From assembly GCA_963705505.1 (NCBI GenBank), contig CAVPJU010000001.1:32001-96000 (forward strand): 64,000 bases of DNA. The letters are read 5' to 3'. Each line of letters begins with the position of its first letter. Within the stretch, counting starts at the first letter, position 1. Origin of the DNA: an uncultured bacterium (GTDB lineage: Bacteria > Desulfobacterota_D > UBA1144 > Nemesobacterales > UBA2774). This document shows, one piece after another, positions 38,749 through 48,063 of this stretch. The notes below the pieces were generated by a model. The model was not told the DNA's origin. It was given only the letters and a program-made list of their open reading frames with translations, and did no database searches. The translations under genes and the position numbers were made by a program.

Positions 38749-40269
38749 TTGTGGAGATTCGATTTGTTAAGCTCGAAACCCGTAATTCTATATACCGCTA
38801 TAATTTTATCCGCATTAATTTTATCCTGCGCCAACGGCGTCCCCGAGCTAAACCCGTATAAAGAGGCTTCCTCCGCCCCGGGCGTGGAGTGGAAGCCTTC
38901 CGAGAAGGAGTTAAGGGCGGCTTTTCAGCTTGAGGAGCTGCCTTCGATACCCGAAGACCTCAAGGCTGACGCCAATAAGCTCGCGCTCTCACAGCTCGTG
39001 GACGTTGCTCTTGTCAACAACCCGACTACACAGGTCGCATGGGAAGATGCGCGGGCTGCAGCGGCGGCGTGGGCGGAAGCGCGCGGGCTCTACTACCCTC
39101 AGATCGGCGGTACGGCGCAATACGCCTATGACAAAAGCGCCGGGGCCGCGCAGGGTGGTACACCGTTTAAGGGACAGTACGGGGACGTCGGTCTCTCTCT
39201 GGATTACTTGCTGTTCGATTTCGGGGGACGGGAGGCCCAAATTGACGCTGCGCGGCTCGCGCTCATAAACGCAAACTGGAATCAGAACCAGGCGATTCAG
39301 AATGTGCTGCAGGCGGTAGCGGTTTCCTTTTACAATTACATCGGCAGTAAGGCACTTGTCATAGCGGACGAAGCGAGCTTGAAGGACGCGCAAACAAGCC
39401 TTGACGCAGCCAAGCTCAGGCTCGAAGCCGGCGTCGGCACGCTCCCCGATGTGCTGCAGGCGCAGGCTCAAGAGGCTCAGGTCGAGCTCGATCTGGTAGA
39501 CGCCAGAGGGAATGTAGAGATAGACCGCGGGGCGCTCGCGACCGCTGTCGGCTGGCCGGCAAACGCAGAGTTCAATGTGAACGAAAATTTGGGAGAAATG
39601 CCCGTAGCCGCGCTCAGCGACAACGTGAACGGCCTCATAGCATTGGCAATGAAGAACAGGCCCGACCTGGCTGCCGTACAGGCGATAGTCAGACAAAGGG
39701 AAGCCCTTCTGAGAGAAGCCAAAGCTCAGTTTTTCCCCGAGATTTCAGCCACCGCGCAGCTCCTCAGGTGGTGGGTGAGGCCCAACGGGGAAAGCGGCGA
39801 CTACTTCACGGACTATCTGGTGGGTCTCCAGCTTCAAGTCCCTATCTTTCAGGGGTTTCAGATTATAAACTCGGTGCGTCAAGCCGGTGCGCAGCTGGAA
39901 TCGGCGCGCGCCGCTCTCGACCTCCAGCAGCAGATAGTAATTGACCAGGTATGGAATGCCTTTTACAACTTCAGGACAGCGGTGCAATCGCTTCAGGCCG
40001 CGGACAAACTGGTAGCAAGCTCCCAGGAGTCGTACGATGCGTCCCTCGCCCGTTTCAAGTCGGGCGTCGGCGACATAGTAGAGCTTCTGAATGCCCAGGC
40101 TACGCTGGCTCAGGCCCGGTCCGAGCAGGTACAGGCCAGGACAGACATTTTCACGTCGTATGCCAACCTCGTAAATGCTATCGGTACTGATCTTCCGACG
40201 CCGGGTATACCTCAGGAATTAAGTCCGGCTGGTGAAGGAGGAAAGAATAAGGATGAACAAACTAAATAA
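38749..40269 (+). CDS. TolC-family outer membrane efflux protein (lipoprotein)
   Basis: Lipobox LILSC; two OEP repeats (ALVNNP, LFDFGGR, NRPDL, VPIFQGF). Exact start uncertain. Confidence 0.9.
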   Translation: MWRFDLLSSKPVILYTAIILSALILSCANGVPELNPYKEASSAPGVEWKPSEKELRAAFQLEELPSIPEDLKADANKLALSQLVDVALVNNPTTQVAWEDARAAAAAWAEARGLYYPQIGGTAQYAYDKSAGAAQGGTPFKGQYGDVGLSLDYLLFDFGGREAQIDAARLALINANWNQNQAIQNVLQAVAVSFYNYIGSKALVIADEASLKDAQTSLDAAKLRLEAGVGTLPDVLQAQAQEAQVELDLVDARGNVEIDRGALATAVGWPANAEFNVNENLGEMPVAALSDNVNGLIALAMKNRPDLAAVQAIVRQREALLREAKAQFFPEISATAQLLRWWVRPNGESGDYFTDYLVGLQLQVPIFQGFQIINSVRQAGAQLESARAALDLQQQIVIDQVWNAFYNFRTAVQSLQAADKLVASSQESYDASLARFKSGVGDIVELLNAQATLAQARSEQVQARTDIFTSYANLVNAIGTDLPTPGIPQELSPAGEGGKNKDEQTK

Positions 40270-41437
40270 GATTAAACAACATTGCCCGAACGTGCTTACG
40301 GCCTCATCCCTGCTTATCTTGCTTGCTATTCTGCTTTCGGGCTGTGGTAAGGAAGAAAAAAAGGCTCCTCCCGCAATGCCCGTGACCGTAGCGGAGGTAA
40401 AATCCGAGACCGTCCCCATTTATCTCGACTACGTGGGCACCACGCAATCGGTACAGACCGTGGATATAAACGCCAGGGTCGAGGGCTTTCTGATAAAGCG
40501 GGGATTCAAGGACGGAGCCGACGTAGAGCAGGGACAGCTTCTTTTTATTATTGACCCGAGACCGTTTGAAGCCGACCTCCAGGCCGCTCAGGCACAGCTG
40601 GCCGAGGACAGGGCTTCCCTCGCCTATGCTCAGGAGCAGGTGCGGCGTTATAAGCCCATAGTCGAGAAGAATTACATAACACAGGATACGTACGACGGTT
40701 ACGTGACGAAGGCCGCGGAGGCCCAGGCCGCAGTCGATGCCGATTTAGCCAATGTCACGCAGGCGAAGCTCAACTTGAGCTACTGCACGATGAATGCGCC
40801 TTTCGACGGGCGCATAGGGAGAAGATACGTGGACGTAGGCAACCTGGTCGGCGCTGCGGGCGCACCTACGAAGCTCGCCACCATGGTGCAGCTCGACCCC
40901 ATGTACGTTTATTTCAGCGTGGCTGAGCGCGACACTCCCCAGATACTCAATGAGCAGAGCAAAAACCCGCTCACCGTGGGTTTCATTCTCCCCGACGAGA
41001 CCAAGCATCCGGAGGACGGTAAGATAGATTTCGTCAACAATGAAGTCGATGTTAATACGGGAACTATCGAGATGAGGGCGGTCGTTCCGAACGGCTCGAA
41101 AACGATGCTGCCGGGGCAGTTCGTGAAGGTTCAGCTCCTGTTAAAAGAACAGCCGGACACACTAGTCGTCCCTCAGCAGGCAATAGGGGAGCAGCAGGGA
41201 CAATCGTACGTATATGTGGTGGGCGATGATAACAAAGTGGAATTCAGGAACGTAACGACCGGGTCCAACTACAATGACCTTACCGTCATTCAGGGCGGGC
41301 TTAAGGCTGGTGAAAAAGTAATAATAGAGGGCATGCAAAAGGTTAAGCCAGGAATGACGGTAATACCCGGGACCGCTTCCGAAGAATCTAAGAAAGCTGC
41401 GCCTGAGACGGCTCCTGCTGGAGAGAAAAGCAAATAA
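40253..41437 (+). CDS. RND efflux periplasmic adaptor (AcrA-like)
   Basis: Lipobox LLSGC; INARVEG, LFIIDPRPF, APFDGRIG, LPGQFVKV. Confidence 0.92.
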   Translation: MNKLNKIKQHCPNVLTASSLLILLAILLSGCGKEEKKAPPAMPVTVAEVKSETVPIYLDYVGTTQSVQTVDINARVEGFLIKRGFKDGADVEQGQLLFIIDPRPFEADLQAAQAQLAEDRASLAYAQEQVRRYKPIVEKNYITQDTYDGYVTKAAEAQAAVDADLANVTQAKLNLSYCTMNAPFDGRIGRRYVDVGNLVGAAGAPTKLATMVQLDPMYVYFSVAERDTPQILNEQSKNPLTVGFILPDETKHPEDGKIDFVNNEVDVNTGTIEMRAVVPNGSKTMLPGQFVKVQLLLKEQPDTLVVPQQAIGEQQGQSYVYVVGDDNKVEFRNVTTGSNYNDLTVIQGGLKAGEKVIIEGMQKVKPGMTVIPGTASEESKKAAPETAPAGEKSK

Positions 41438-41475
41438 TAAATAAAGTTCTTCGCAATCGGTAAAGGAGATTTCTT

Positions 41476-44400
41476 TTGGTTGATTTTTTCATTCAGCGCC
41501 CGGTTATGGCCACCGTACTGGCGATATTGATCACCCTGGTCGGTGGAATTTCGATACCCATATTACCGATTGCGCAGTTCCCGGAAATAGCCCCCCCGAC
41601 CGTCAATGTTTCGGCGACCTACACGGGCGCGAGTGCCCAGGTCGTGGAGACGACGGTCACGGACCCTATTGAAGAACAGATAAACGGCGTCCAGGGTATG
41701 ACGTACATGGAGTCCTACAGCTCGAACGACGGGACCATGAACATAAACGTTACTTTTGATGTCGGATATGACCTGGATATTGCGAATGTGGACGTAACGA
41801 ACCAGGTACAGCTCGCTACACCCCTCGTTCCTGAAACGGTTAGCAAATACGGTATATCGGTTGAAAAACAATCACCCGCTCTTATTCTGGCCGTGCACCT
41901 TATATCGCCCGACGGAAGCCGCGATGACCTTTTCCTGAGCAACTACATCGGTATCCAGATTTCCCAGACCCTCCAGCGAATTCCGGGGGTGGGGAACCTT
42001 ACGATATGGGGACAGAGGCAATACTCCATGCGCATCTGGCTTAACCCGGATAAGCTGGCGAGCCTGGGGCTCACCACTTCGGACGTTGTTGGCGCCATAT
42101 CGGAGCAGAACCTCCAGGTAGCCGCGGGCGCTATAGGCGAGCCCCCCATTCCCAGGGGCCAGCAGTTCCAGTACACGATTACCACTCTCGGCAGGCTTGA
42201 GACAGCCGAGGAGTTCGGGGACATAATCATACGCGCGGAGCCGGACGGTACTGTCGTCCGCATAAAGGACGTGGCTCGTGTCGAACTGGGCGCTCAGAGT
42301 TATGACCAGGACAGCCTTCTCGACGGGAAGTCTGCTATCGGGATCGGTATTTATCAGCTGCCGGGCGCGAATGCCCTCGATGTCGATAAACAGGTCAGGG
42401 TTACGATGGAGCAGCTTAAGAAGAACTTCCCGTCCGGTGTCGATTACAAGATAGTATATGACACCACCGAATTTGTTACAGCGTCTATCATAGAGGTCGT
42501 GAAGACCCTCTTCGAGGCGTTCATACTGGTCTTCATAGTGGTATTCGTATTCCTGCAGAATATCAGAGCCACGCTCATACCCGCAATAACTATTCCGGTA
42601 TCGTTGATCGGCACTTTCGCACTCATTAATGCCTTCGGCTTTTCAATCAATACCCTCAGTCTTTTCGGGCTCGTCCTCGCGATCGGTCTCGTGGTGGATG
42701 ATGCCATAGTCGTCGTGGAAAACGTCTCGCGTTTGATTCAGGAAAAGGACGTTTCCCCGAGGGAGGCGACGAGCGCAGCCATGAAGGAGGTGACCGGTCC
42801 CATCGTAGCGACCTCTCTCGTGCTGATGGCCGTATTCGTTCCGGTCTCTTTCATGCCCGGTATTTCCGGGCAGATGTACAGGCAGTTCGCACTGACGATA
42901 GCTTTTTCTGTCGGTATTTCCGCTATCAACGCCTTGACGCTGAGCCCTGCTCTCTGCGCGCTCTTTCTCCGCAAGGAGGCCGGGACCAAGTTTTGGTTCT
43001 TCAGGAAGTTCGACGAAGGTTTCGAACGCTTCAAAAACGGGTATCAGCGCTGGGTGAAAGAGTTGACTACCCGATGGAAGCTGGTAGTGATAGTCTTCGC
43101 CGTGCTCATGGGTCTCACGGTTTACATGTTCAGGATCGTGCCTACGGGTTTCGTCCCGGAGGAAGACCAGGGTTACTTCATAGTAAATATCCAGGGCCCC
43201 GAGGGTTCGTCGCTCGAGCGCACGAACGAGACCATGCAGCGGGTGTACGACATACTGATGAATACGCCCGGGGTAGCGCATGTAGTCTCCATATCGGGCC
43301 TTAACTTCCTTACTTCGAGTTCCGACTCGAACGCCGGAGCCATGTTCCCGGTGCTTGCGCCCTGGAGCCAGAGGAAATCCAGGGAAACTCAGATCGACTA
43401 TATTCTGAACACCGTGCGGAAAAAGTTTGCGGGAATCCAGGGGGCCGTCGTGGTCGCGTTCAACGCTCCGGCCATTCAGGGACTGAGCTCGACCGGCGGG
43501 TTCCAGTTCGAGCTCGAGGACCGGACCGACCTCGGCTTGAAAACGCTTCAGAAGGTTATGGCGGAGATCGTTGAGAAGGGCGAGAAGAAGCCCGAGCTCG
43601 AGGGTCTGTTCAGTTACTTTGGCGTCAATACGCCGGGTCTTTATATTGAGCTTGACCGGACAAAGGCGAAAACTCAGGGAGTTTCGATATCTGAGATATT
43701 CCAAACCCTGCAGAGTTATCTGGGGTCGCTGTACGTGAACGACTTCAACCTGTTCGGCCAGGTCTACAGGGTCTTCATACAGGCTGACAGCCAATACCGG
43801 AACACGGCGGATGACATATCCCGCCTCTATGTGCGTACGAATAAAGGGGGCCTTGTGCCTCTTGATACACTGATAAACGTGAAGCAGGTCGTTGGCCCGC
43901 AAACAATCACTCATTATAACCTTTACCGCTCGGCCGAGATCGACGGCGATAACTCGCCTGGCTACAGCTCCGGCGAGGCTATGAGTACTATGGAAGCGAT
44001 GGCGGACGAGCTGATGCCGGAGGGCATGGGATACGAGTGGTCGGGCATTTCCTATCAGGAGATCAAGGCCGGGAACCTCGCTCCGCTGATTTTCGGTCTC
44101 TCTCTGGTGTTCGTGTTCTTATTCCTGGCGGCCCTTTACGAGAGCTGGGCAATGCCGTTCATGGTCATGCTCGCCGTCCCGCTCGCGCTCCTCGGCGCCA
44201 TGCTCGCTCAATATCTACGCGGCCTCTCGAATGACATCTACTGCCAGATCGGACTCGTCATGCTCATCGGTCTTGCGAGCAAGAACGCGATACTGATCGT
44301 GGAGTTCGCAAAGCAGCGCCGTGAGGAGGGGATGCCTGTCCAGGAAGCAGCCATGACGGCTGCTCTCATCAGATTAAGGCCTATCCTCATGACTGCGTTC

Positions 44401-44586
44401 GCGTTTATTCTCGGCGTCTTCCCGCTCGTAGTCGCGTCAGGTGCGGGCGCTAACAGCCGTCATTCGCTGGGAACTGCGGTCTTCGGCGGTATGATAGTCT
44501 CCACTCTCCTGAGTCTCATTGTCGTTCCCGTATTCTACGTGATAATCGAGGACCTGAGGGAGCGCGGATCGAACAAACCGGCTTAG
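41476..44586 (+). CDS. RND efflux permease, HAE1 (AcrB/MexF-like)
   Basis: FFIQRPV, LAIGLVVDDAIVVVEN, GLASKNAILIVEFA, RLRPILMT. TTG start with AAAGGAG SD. Confidence 0.96.
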   Translation: MVDFFIQRPVMATVLAILITLVGGISIPILPIAQFPEIAPPTVNVSATYTGASAQVVETTVTDPIEEQINGVQGMTYMESYSSNDGTMNINVTFDVGYDLDIANVDVTNQVQLATPLVPETVSKYGISVEKQSPALILAVHLISPDGSRDDLFLSNYIGIQISQTLQRIPGVGNLTIWGQRQYSMRIWLNPDKLASLGLTTSDVVGAISEQNLQVAAGAIGEPPIPRGQQFQYTITTLGRLETAEEFGDIIIRAEPDGTVVRIKDVARVELGAQSYDQDSLLDGKSAIGIGIYQLPGANALDVDKQVRVTMEQLKKNFPSGVDYKIVYDTTEFVTASIIEVVKTLFEAFILVFIVVFVFLQNIRATLIPAITIPVSLIGTFALINAFGFSINTLSLFGLVLAIGLVVDDAIVVVENVSRLIQEKDVSPREATSAAMKEVTGPIVATSLVLMAVFVPVSFMPGISGQMYRQFALTIAFSVGISAINALTLSPALCALFLRKEAGTKFWFFRKFDEGFERFKNGYQRWVKELTTRWKLVVIVFAVLMGLTVYMFRIVPTGFVPEEDQGYFIVNIQGPEGSSLERTNETMQRVYDILMNTPGVAHVVSISGLNFLTSSSDSNAGAMFPVLAPWSQRKSRETQIDYILNTVRKKFAGIQGAVVVAFNAPAIQGLSSTGGFQFELEDRTDLGLKTLQKVMAEIVEKGEKKPELEGLFSYFGVNTPGLYIELDRTKAKTQGVSISEIFQTLQSYLGSLYVNDFNLFGQVYRVFIQADSQYRNTADDISRLYVRTNKGGLVPLDTLINVKQVVGPQTITHYNLYRSAEIDGDNSPGYSSGEAMSTMEAMADELMPEGMGYEWSGISYQEIKAGNLAPLIFGLSLVFVFLFLAALYESWAMPFMVMLAVPLALLGAMLAQYLRGLSNDIYCQIGLVMLIGLASKNAILIVEFAKQRREEGMPVQEAAMTAALIRLRPILMTAFAFILGVFPLVVASGAGANSRHSLGTAVFGGMIVSTLLSLIVVPVFYVIIEDLRERGSNKPA

Positions 44587-44643
44587 TAACTTAGTAACGT
44601 TAAACCAAAATAGGTGGATTCTTGCTTTCTTCTTTTCTTTCAA

Positions 44644-44716
44644 TTCCTTCCCCTTAACAAGGGGGAAGGGTAGGATGGGGGTGTAGTCCTGCATCCTGTA
44701 TCTTGCACCCTGCATC
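44644..44716. repeat. REP-like palindrome followed by a heptamer tandem repeat
   Basis: TTCCTTCCCCTTAACAAGGGGGAAGGGTAGGATGGGGGTG (44644-44683), then TCCTGCA TCCTGTA TCTTGCA CCCTGCA (44687-44714). Confidence 0.8.
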
Positions 44717-44726
44717 ATTTTCTTTC

Positions 44727-45377
44727 CTACTTCAATATCTCCCCCGTCTTCTCGCTCCATAGCAGGAGGTCGAGCTCGTCGAACGGGATGCCTATGTCAT
44801 CCGCAAATTGCTTTAGTCTATTTTCTATAGCGATATACCTGTCCCTTGTGCCGGGGGGCTTCGGGCTCTCTATAATCCCGGTCTCATATAACGTATTGAG
44901 TATATGCTTGTCGAGAATCGCGTAACCCTTATAGCCGATATTCCTCAGGAAGTGGCTCGACTCCTTGTACCCGATCCCCTTTATATCCTTATTCCGGGCG
45001 AAGAAGTCCCTCCTCTCGAGCGGGTCACCGAATGACTCGATCAGATCCCGCAGCCTGAACCCGTATTCACGTTTCAGGTATTCCCTCGTATGAATTATGT
45101 AGGCCGGTCTGTAGTTGGGGAACCTGTGTATACCTTCCAGTCTCTTCCGGATTTTTTTCAGGCTTCCCTCGGGCAGTATGTCCCTTACCGCCTCGATCGA
45201 TTTGAGCCCCATCCTGGCGCTTGCTCCGGCCGTGCATATGCAGAACGCGAGCTCTTCGAAGATCCTCTTGTCGTCCCCATGCCTGCGGACGTCCCCGAAT
45301 TCCTCGAGCCTCGCCCTGATGACATCCCTCTTGGCGACATAGGATATCCCGAGCTTCCCGTGCGAGTGCTTTTTCAT
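44727..45377 (-). CDS. ogg: N-glycosylase/DNA lyase (8-oxoguanine glycosylase, OGG2 type)
   Basis: ELAFCICT, HRFPN, HhH motif KGIGYKESSHFLRNIG, AILDKHIL, C-terminal DLLLWSEKTGEILK. Confidence 0.9.
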   Translation of the reverse strand: MKKHSHGKLGISYVAKRDVIRARLEEFGDVRRHGDDKRIFEELAFCICTAGASARMGLKSIEAVRDILPEGSLKKIRKRLEGIHRFPNYRPAYIIHTREYLKREYGFRLRDLIESFGDPLERRDFFARNKDIKGIGYKESSHFLRNIGYKGYAILDKHILNTLYETGIIESPKPPGTRDRYIAIENRLKQFADDIGIPFDELDLLLWSEKTGEILK

Positions 45378-45430
45378 TTACGGTTTGGCTGAAAAAAATA
45401 TGGATTTCGGAATTTAAAAGCGCGGCGGAA

Positions 45431-47875
45431 TTATTTGTAAATCGTTAAACTGGCTCCCGGCGTTAATTCCTCGGATTTCAGGTTGTTCCATTTCTGAATG
45501 CTTGCGACCGATACGTTATGCCTGCTCGCGATGTCCCAGAGCGTATCGCCTTTCTTGACACGGTAGTTAATTTTATCGCTGATCCCGTTGTCGGATGAAT
45601 TGGCGGATGAGTGACCGCCGTTCGGAATTACGAGCACCTGTCCCGTCATAATCGTCGTGCCCTTGATGTTGTTCGCGCTCTTGAGTGAGGAGAGCCCGAC
45701 ACCGTTCTTTTCCGCGATACTGCCGAGAGTATCCCCGGGCTGCACTTTGTATTTCACGGTAGCGCTGCTCGTTGTGCGCGTATCGGCGCTCGCGTACACA
45801 GGGCTCGATGATCCGGGGATCGAAAGGACCTGACCGTATTTTATAACGGAGCCGTTCAGGTTGTTTGCGCTTTGTATGGACGATACCGGAACGCCGCATC
45901 TTTGTGAGATACCCGCTAAAGTATCGCCGCGCCTGACGGTATATTTTGTGGACGCGCTGTTACGTGTAACAACGTTACTTGTCACAACGTCATCCGATTC
46001 CGTATAAGTGGCTGAAGAGGAACCCGGAATCGTGATTACGTCCCCGCGCTGTATGACGGAGCCGCTGATATTGTTAGCGCCCTTGATCGATGCAACCGAC
46101 ACACCGTGCTTTTCGGCTATCTCCCCCAGAGTGTCTCCGGAATTAACTGTATATTTCGATGTAGTCCGGGTTACCGGTGCGGCGGCGGTCGCCGAAGTTT
46201 CGGCGTACGTTTCGTCCGAGCCGGCTATGTAAGTGCTTCCGTTCGAAATATAGGGGATATCCAGTTGCTCTCCCGATTGAATGGTTGATCCCTGGATCCT
46301 GTTTGCCCGTATGATTGTCGTCACGCTGACGTTGTATTTGGCTGCGATCCCGCCCAGAGTATCCCCGGGCTGAACTCTGTATTTGGCGATTTTCGTGGAA
46401 TTACTCGCGACGGTTTCCGTTTCGTAAAATCGGCCCGAAGCGCCGGGAATCGTCAGCACCTGTCCGGACCTGATGACGTGGCTTCTGAGGTCGTTAGCGT
46501 CCTTAATAGAAGCTATGCTTACCCTGTGCCTGGCGGCTATTGCGCCCAGTGTATCGCCGCGCCTTACCCTGTATTGTATGGTCGACCCGTAGCTGTCTCC
46601 GGAAGAGGAATTGGAGGCATAAGAACCGGATAGGCCGGGTATGGTCAGGACCTGTCCCGATCTTATAGTAGAGCTTCTCATGCCGTTTGCTCTTTTTATG
46701 CTCGAAACGCTGACCCCGTACCGTGCGGCGATCCTGGCAAGGGTTTCTCCGCGCCTTACTCTGTGCGTTCCTCCGGAGCTTCTCTGGGCAATCATCGGGT
46801 TTACATCTTTAAGAGCGTATAGCTCACTGCTTTTCTGGGATGTGATAGTGGCATAGCCCTGCGGTACGTTGATTTGATAAGGCCCGCCGGGAGGCGTCGC
46901 GTTAAGAAGGATTGCGGGATTTAACTCCACGAGCGTATATTGACTGACGCCGATTACCCTCGCGATCTCGCTCAGGCTCTTTTGCGGGGGGACCATAACG
47001 GTCTCGTAGAAGTCGGGTTTATAATAGTCGATTCCGACAAACCCGTACTTTTCGGGGTTCCTCGCGATGATCAATGCGGCCATTAGCTTGGGGACATAGT
47101 TCTTGGTCTCTTCGGGCAGCGTGAATTCGGATATTTGCCAGAAATCGTTGATCTGATACTTGTCTATAGCGGCCTGGACCCGGTCCTCCCCGCAGTTATA
47201 CCCCGCTGCTGCGAGTTCCCAGGACTGGAACATGGCGTAGAGGTCGCTCAGGTAGTCCGCTGCAGCTATGGTGGACTTTCTCGGGTCCATCCTCTCATCG
47301 ACCCAGGAGTCGACCCTCAGTCCGTAACGTGTCGCCGTAGGCTTTATGAATTGCCATGGTCCGACGGCGGCGCTCCTTGACTCCGCTTTTACGTTGAATC
47401 CGCTTTCTATCATGGCCAGATATACGAGGTCCGTGGGCATTCCTCTCTGTCCGAGGATTTCCTTCATCAGAGGAATGTATTTGCCCGAGCGTTCGAGCCA
47501 TATACTGAAGGACCTCCGACCTTCGTTCTGAAAATACACCATGAAGTGAATCACCTTATCGTTCAGAACGACGGGTATCTCTTTTTCCGTTTCGGGGGCT
47601 ACGTCCGGGAATTGGTCGAAAATGTTCTCGATGTAATAATAGGTCTTCCATCCCTGCACCTGGGGGTTCAGGATAAAGAAGCTCGACCTTACGTCGACAG
47701 TCTCCTTTCCGTTGTCTTCATCGACTATTTTTATTTCGGGTTCCAGTTCCGTATCCTCGAGATGGATTCCGGAAAAGCTTGGGCCGGAAGACTTCGCCGT
47801 ATACGACTTGGCTCCGCAGCCGACCAGCAGAAGAGTTACAACACCGGCGAGGGGTAGTAAATACCTGTAAAACAT
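45431..47875 (-). CDS. MltD-like lytic transglycosylase lipoprotein with 7 LysM domains
   Basis: Lipobox LLVGC; SLT motifs LAMIESGF, AVGPWQF, AGYNCGE, ETKNYVPK; seven VxxGD/ETLxxIA/S repeats. Start placed at ATG 47875. Confidence 0.92.
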   Translation of the reverse strand: MFYRYLLPLAGVVTLLLVGCGAKSYTAKSSGPSFSGIHLEDTELEPEIKIVDEDNGKETVDVRSSFFILNPQVQGWKTYYYIENIFDQFPDVAPETEKEIPVVLNDKVIHFMVYFQNEGRRSFSIWLERSGKYIPLMKEILGQRGMPTDLVYLAMIESGFNVKAESRSAAVGPWQFIKPTATRYGLRVDSWVDERMDPRKSTIAAADYLSDLYAMFQSWELAAAGYNCGEDRVQAAIDKYQINDFWQISEFTLPEETKNYVPKLMAALIIARNPEKYGFVGIDYYKPDFYETVMVPPQKSLSEIARVIGVSQYTLVELNPAILLNATPPGGPYQINVPQGYATITSQKSSELYALKDVNPMIAQRSSGGTHRVRRGETLARIAARYGVSVSSIKRANGMRSSTIRSGQVLTIPGLSGSYASNSSSGDSYGSTIQYRVRRGDTLGAIAARHRVSIASIKDANDLRSHVIRSGQVLTIPGASGRFYETETVASNSTKIAKYRVQPGDTLGGIAAKYNVSVTTIIRANRIQGSTIQSGEQLDIPYISNGSTYIAGSDETYAETSATAAAPVTRTTSKYTVNSGDTLGEIAEKHGVSVASIKGANNISGSVIQRGDVITIPGSSSATYTESDDVVTSNVVTRNSASTKYTVRRGDTLAGISQRCGVPVSSIQSANNLNGSVIKYGQVLSIPGSSSPVYASADTRTTSSATVKYKVQPGDTLGSIAEKNGVGLSSLKSANNIKGTTIMTGQVLVIPNGGHSSANSSDNGISDKINYRVKKGDTLWDIASRHNVSVASIQKWNNLKSEELTPGASLTIYK

Positions 47876-48063
47876 TGCATTTTTTTTATCATAATTTGAA
47901 GAGAATGTCAATGTTTTGAGATGCAAATTTAAGTATTTTGCTTAAAAAAACCAAATTTCACGCTATATAATACCGGATTTCGGATCGTTCCGAAATCAAC
48001 CCCTGCCGGGCCTGACAGGGTTTGAGTTCTCTCGCAAAGCGTTTTTGGGAAATGATTCGATTA

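Noticed and set aside
42643..43914. 423-aa ORF antisense to the RND permease
   Set aside because: Shadow ORF with no domain signal.
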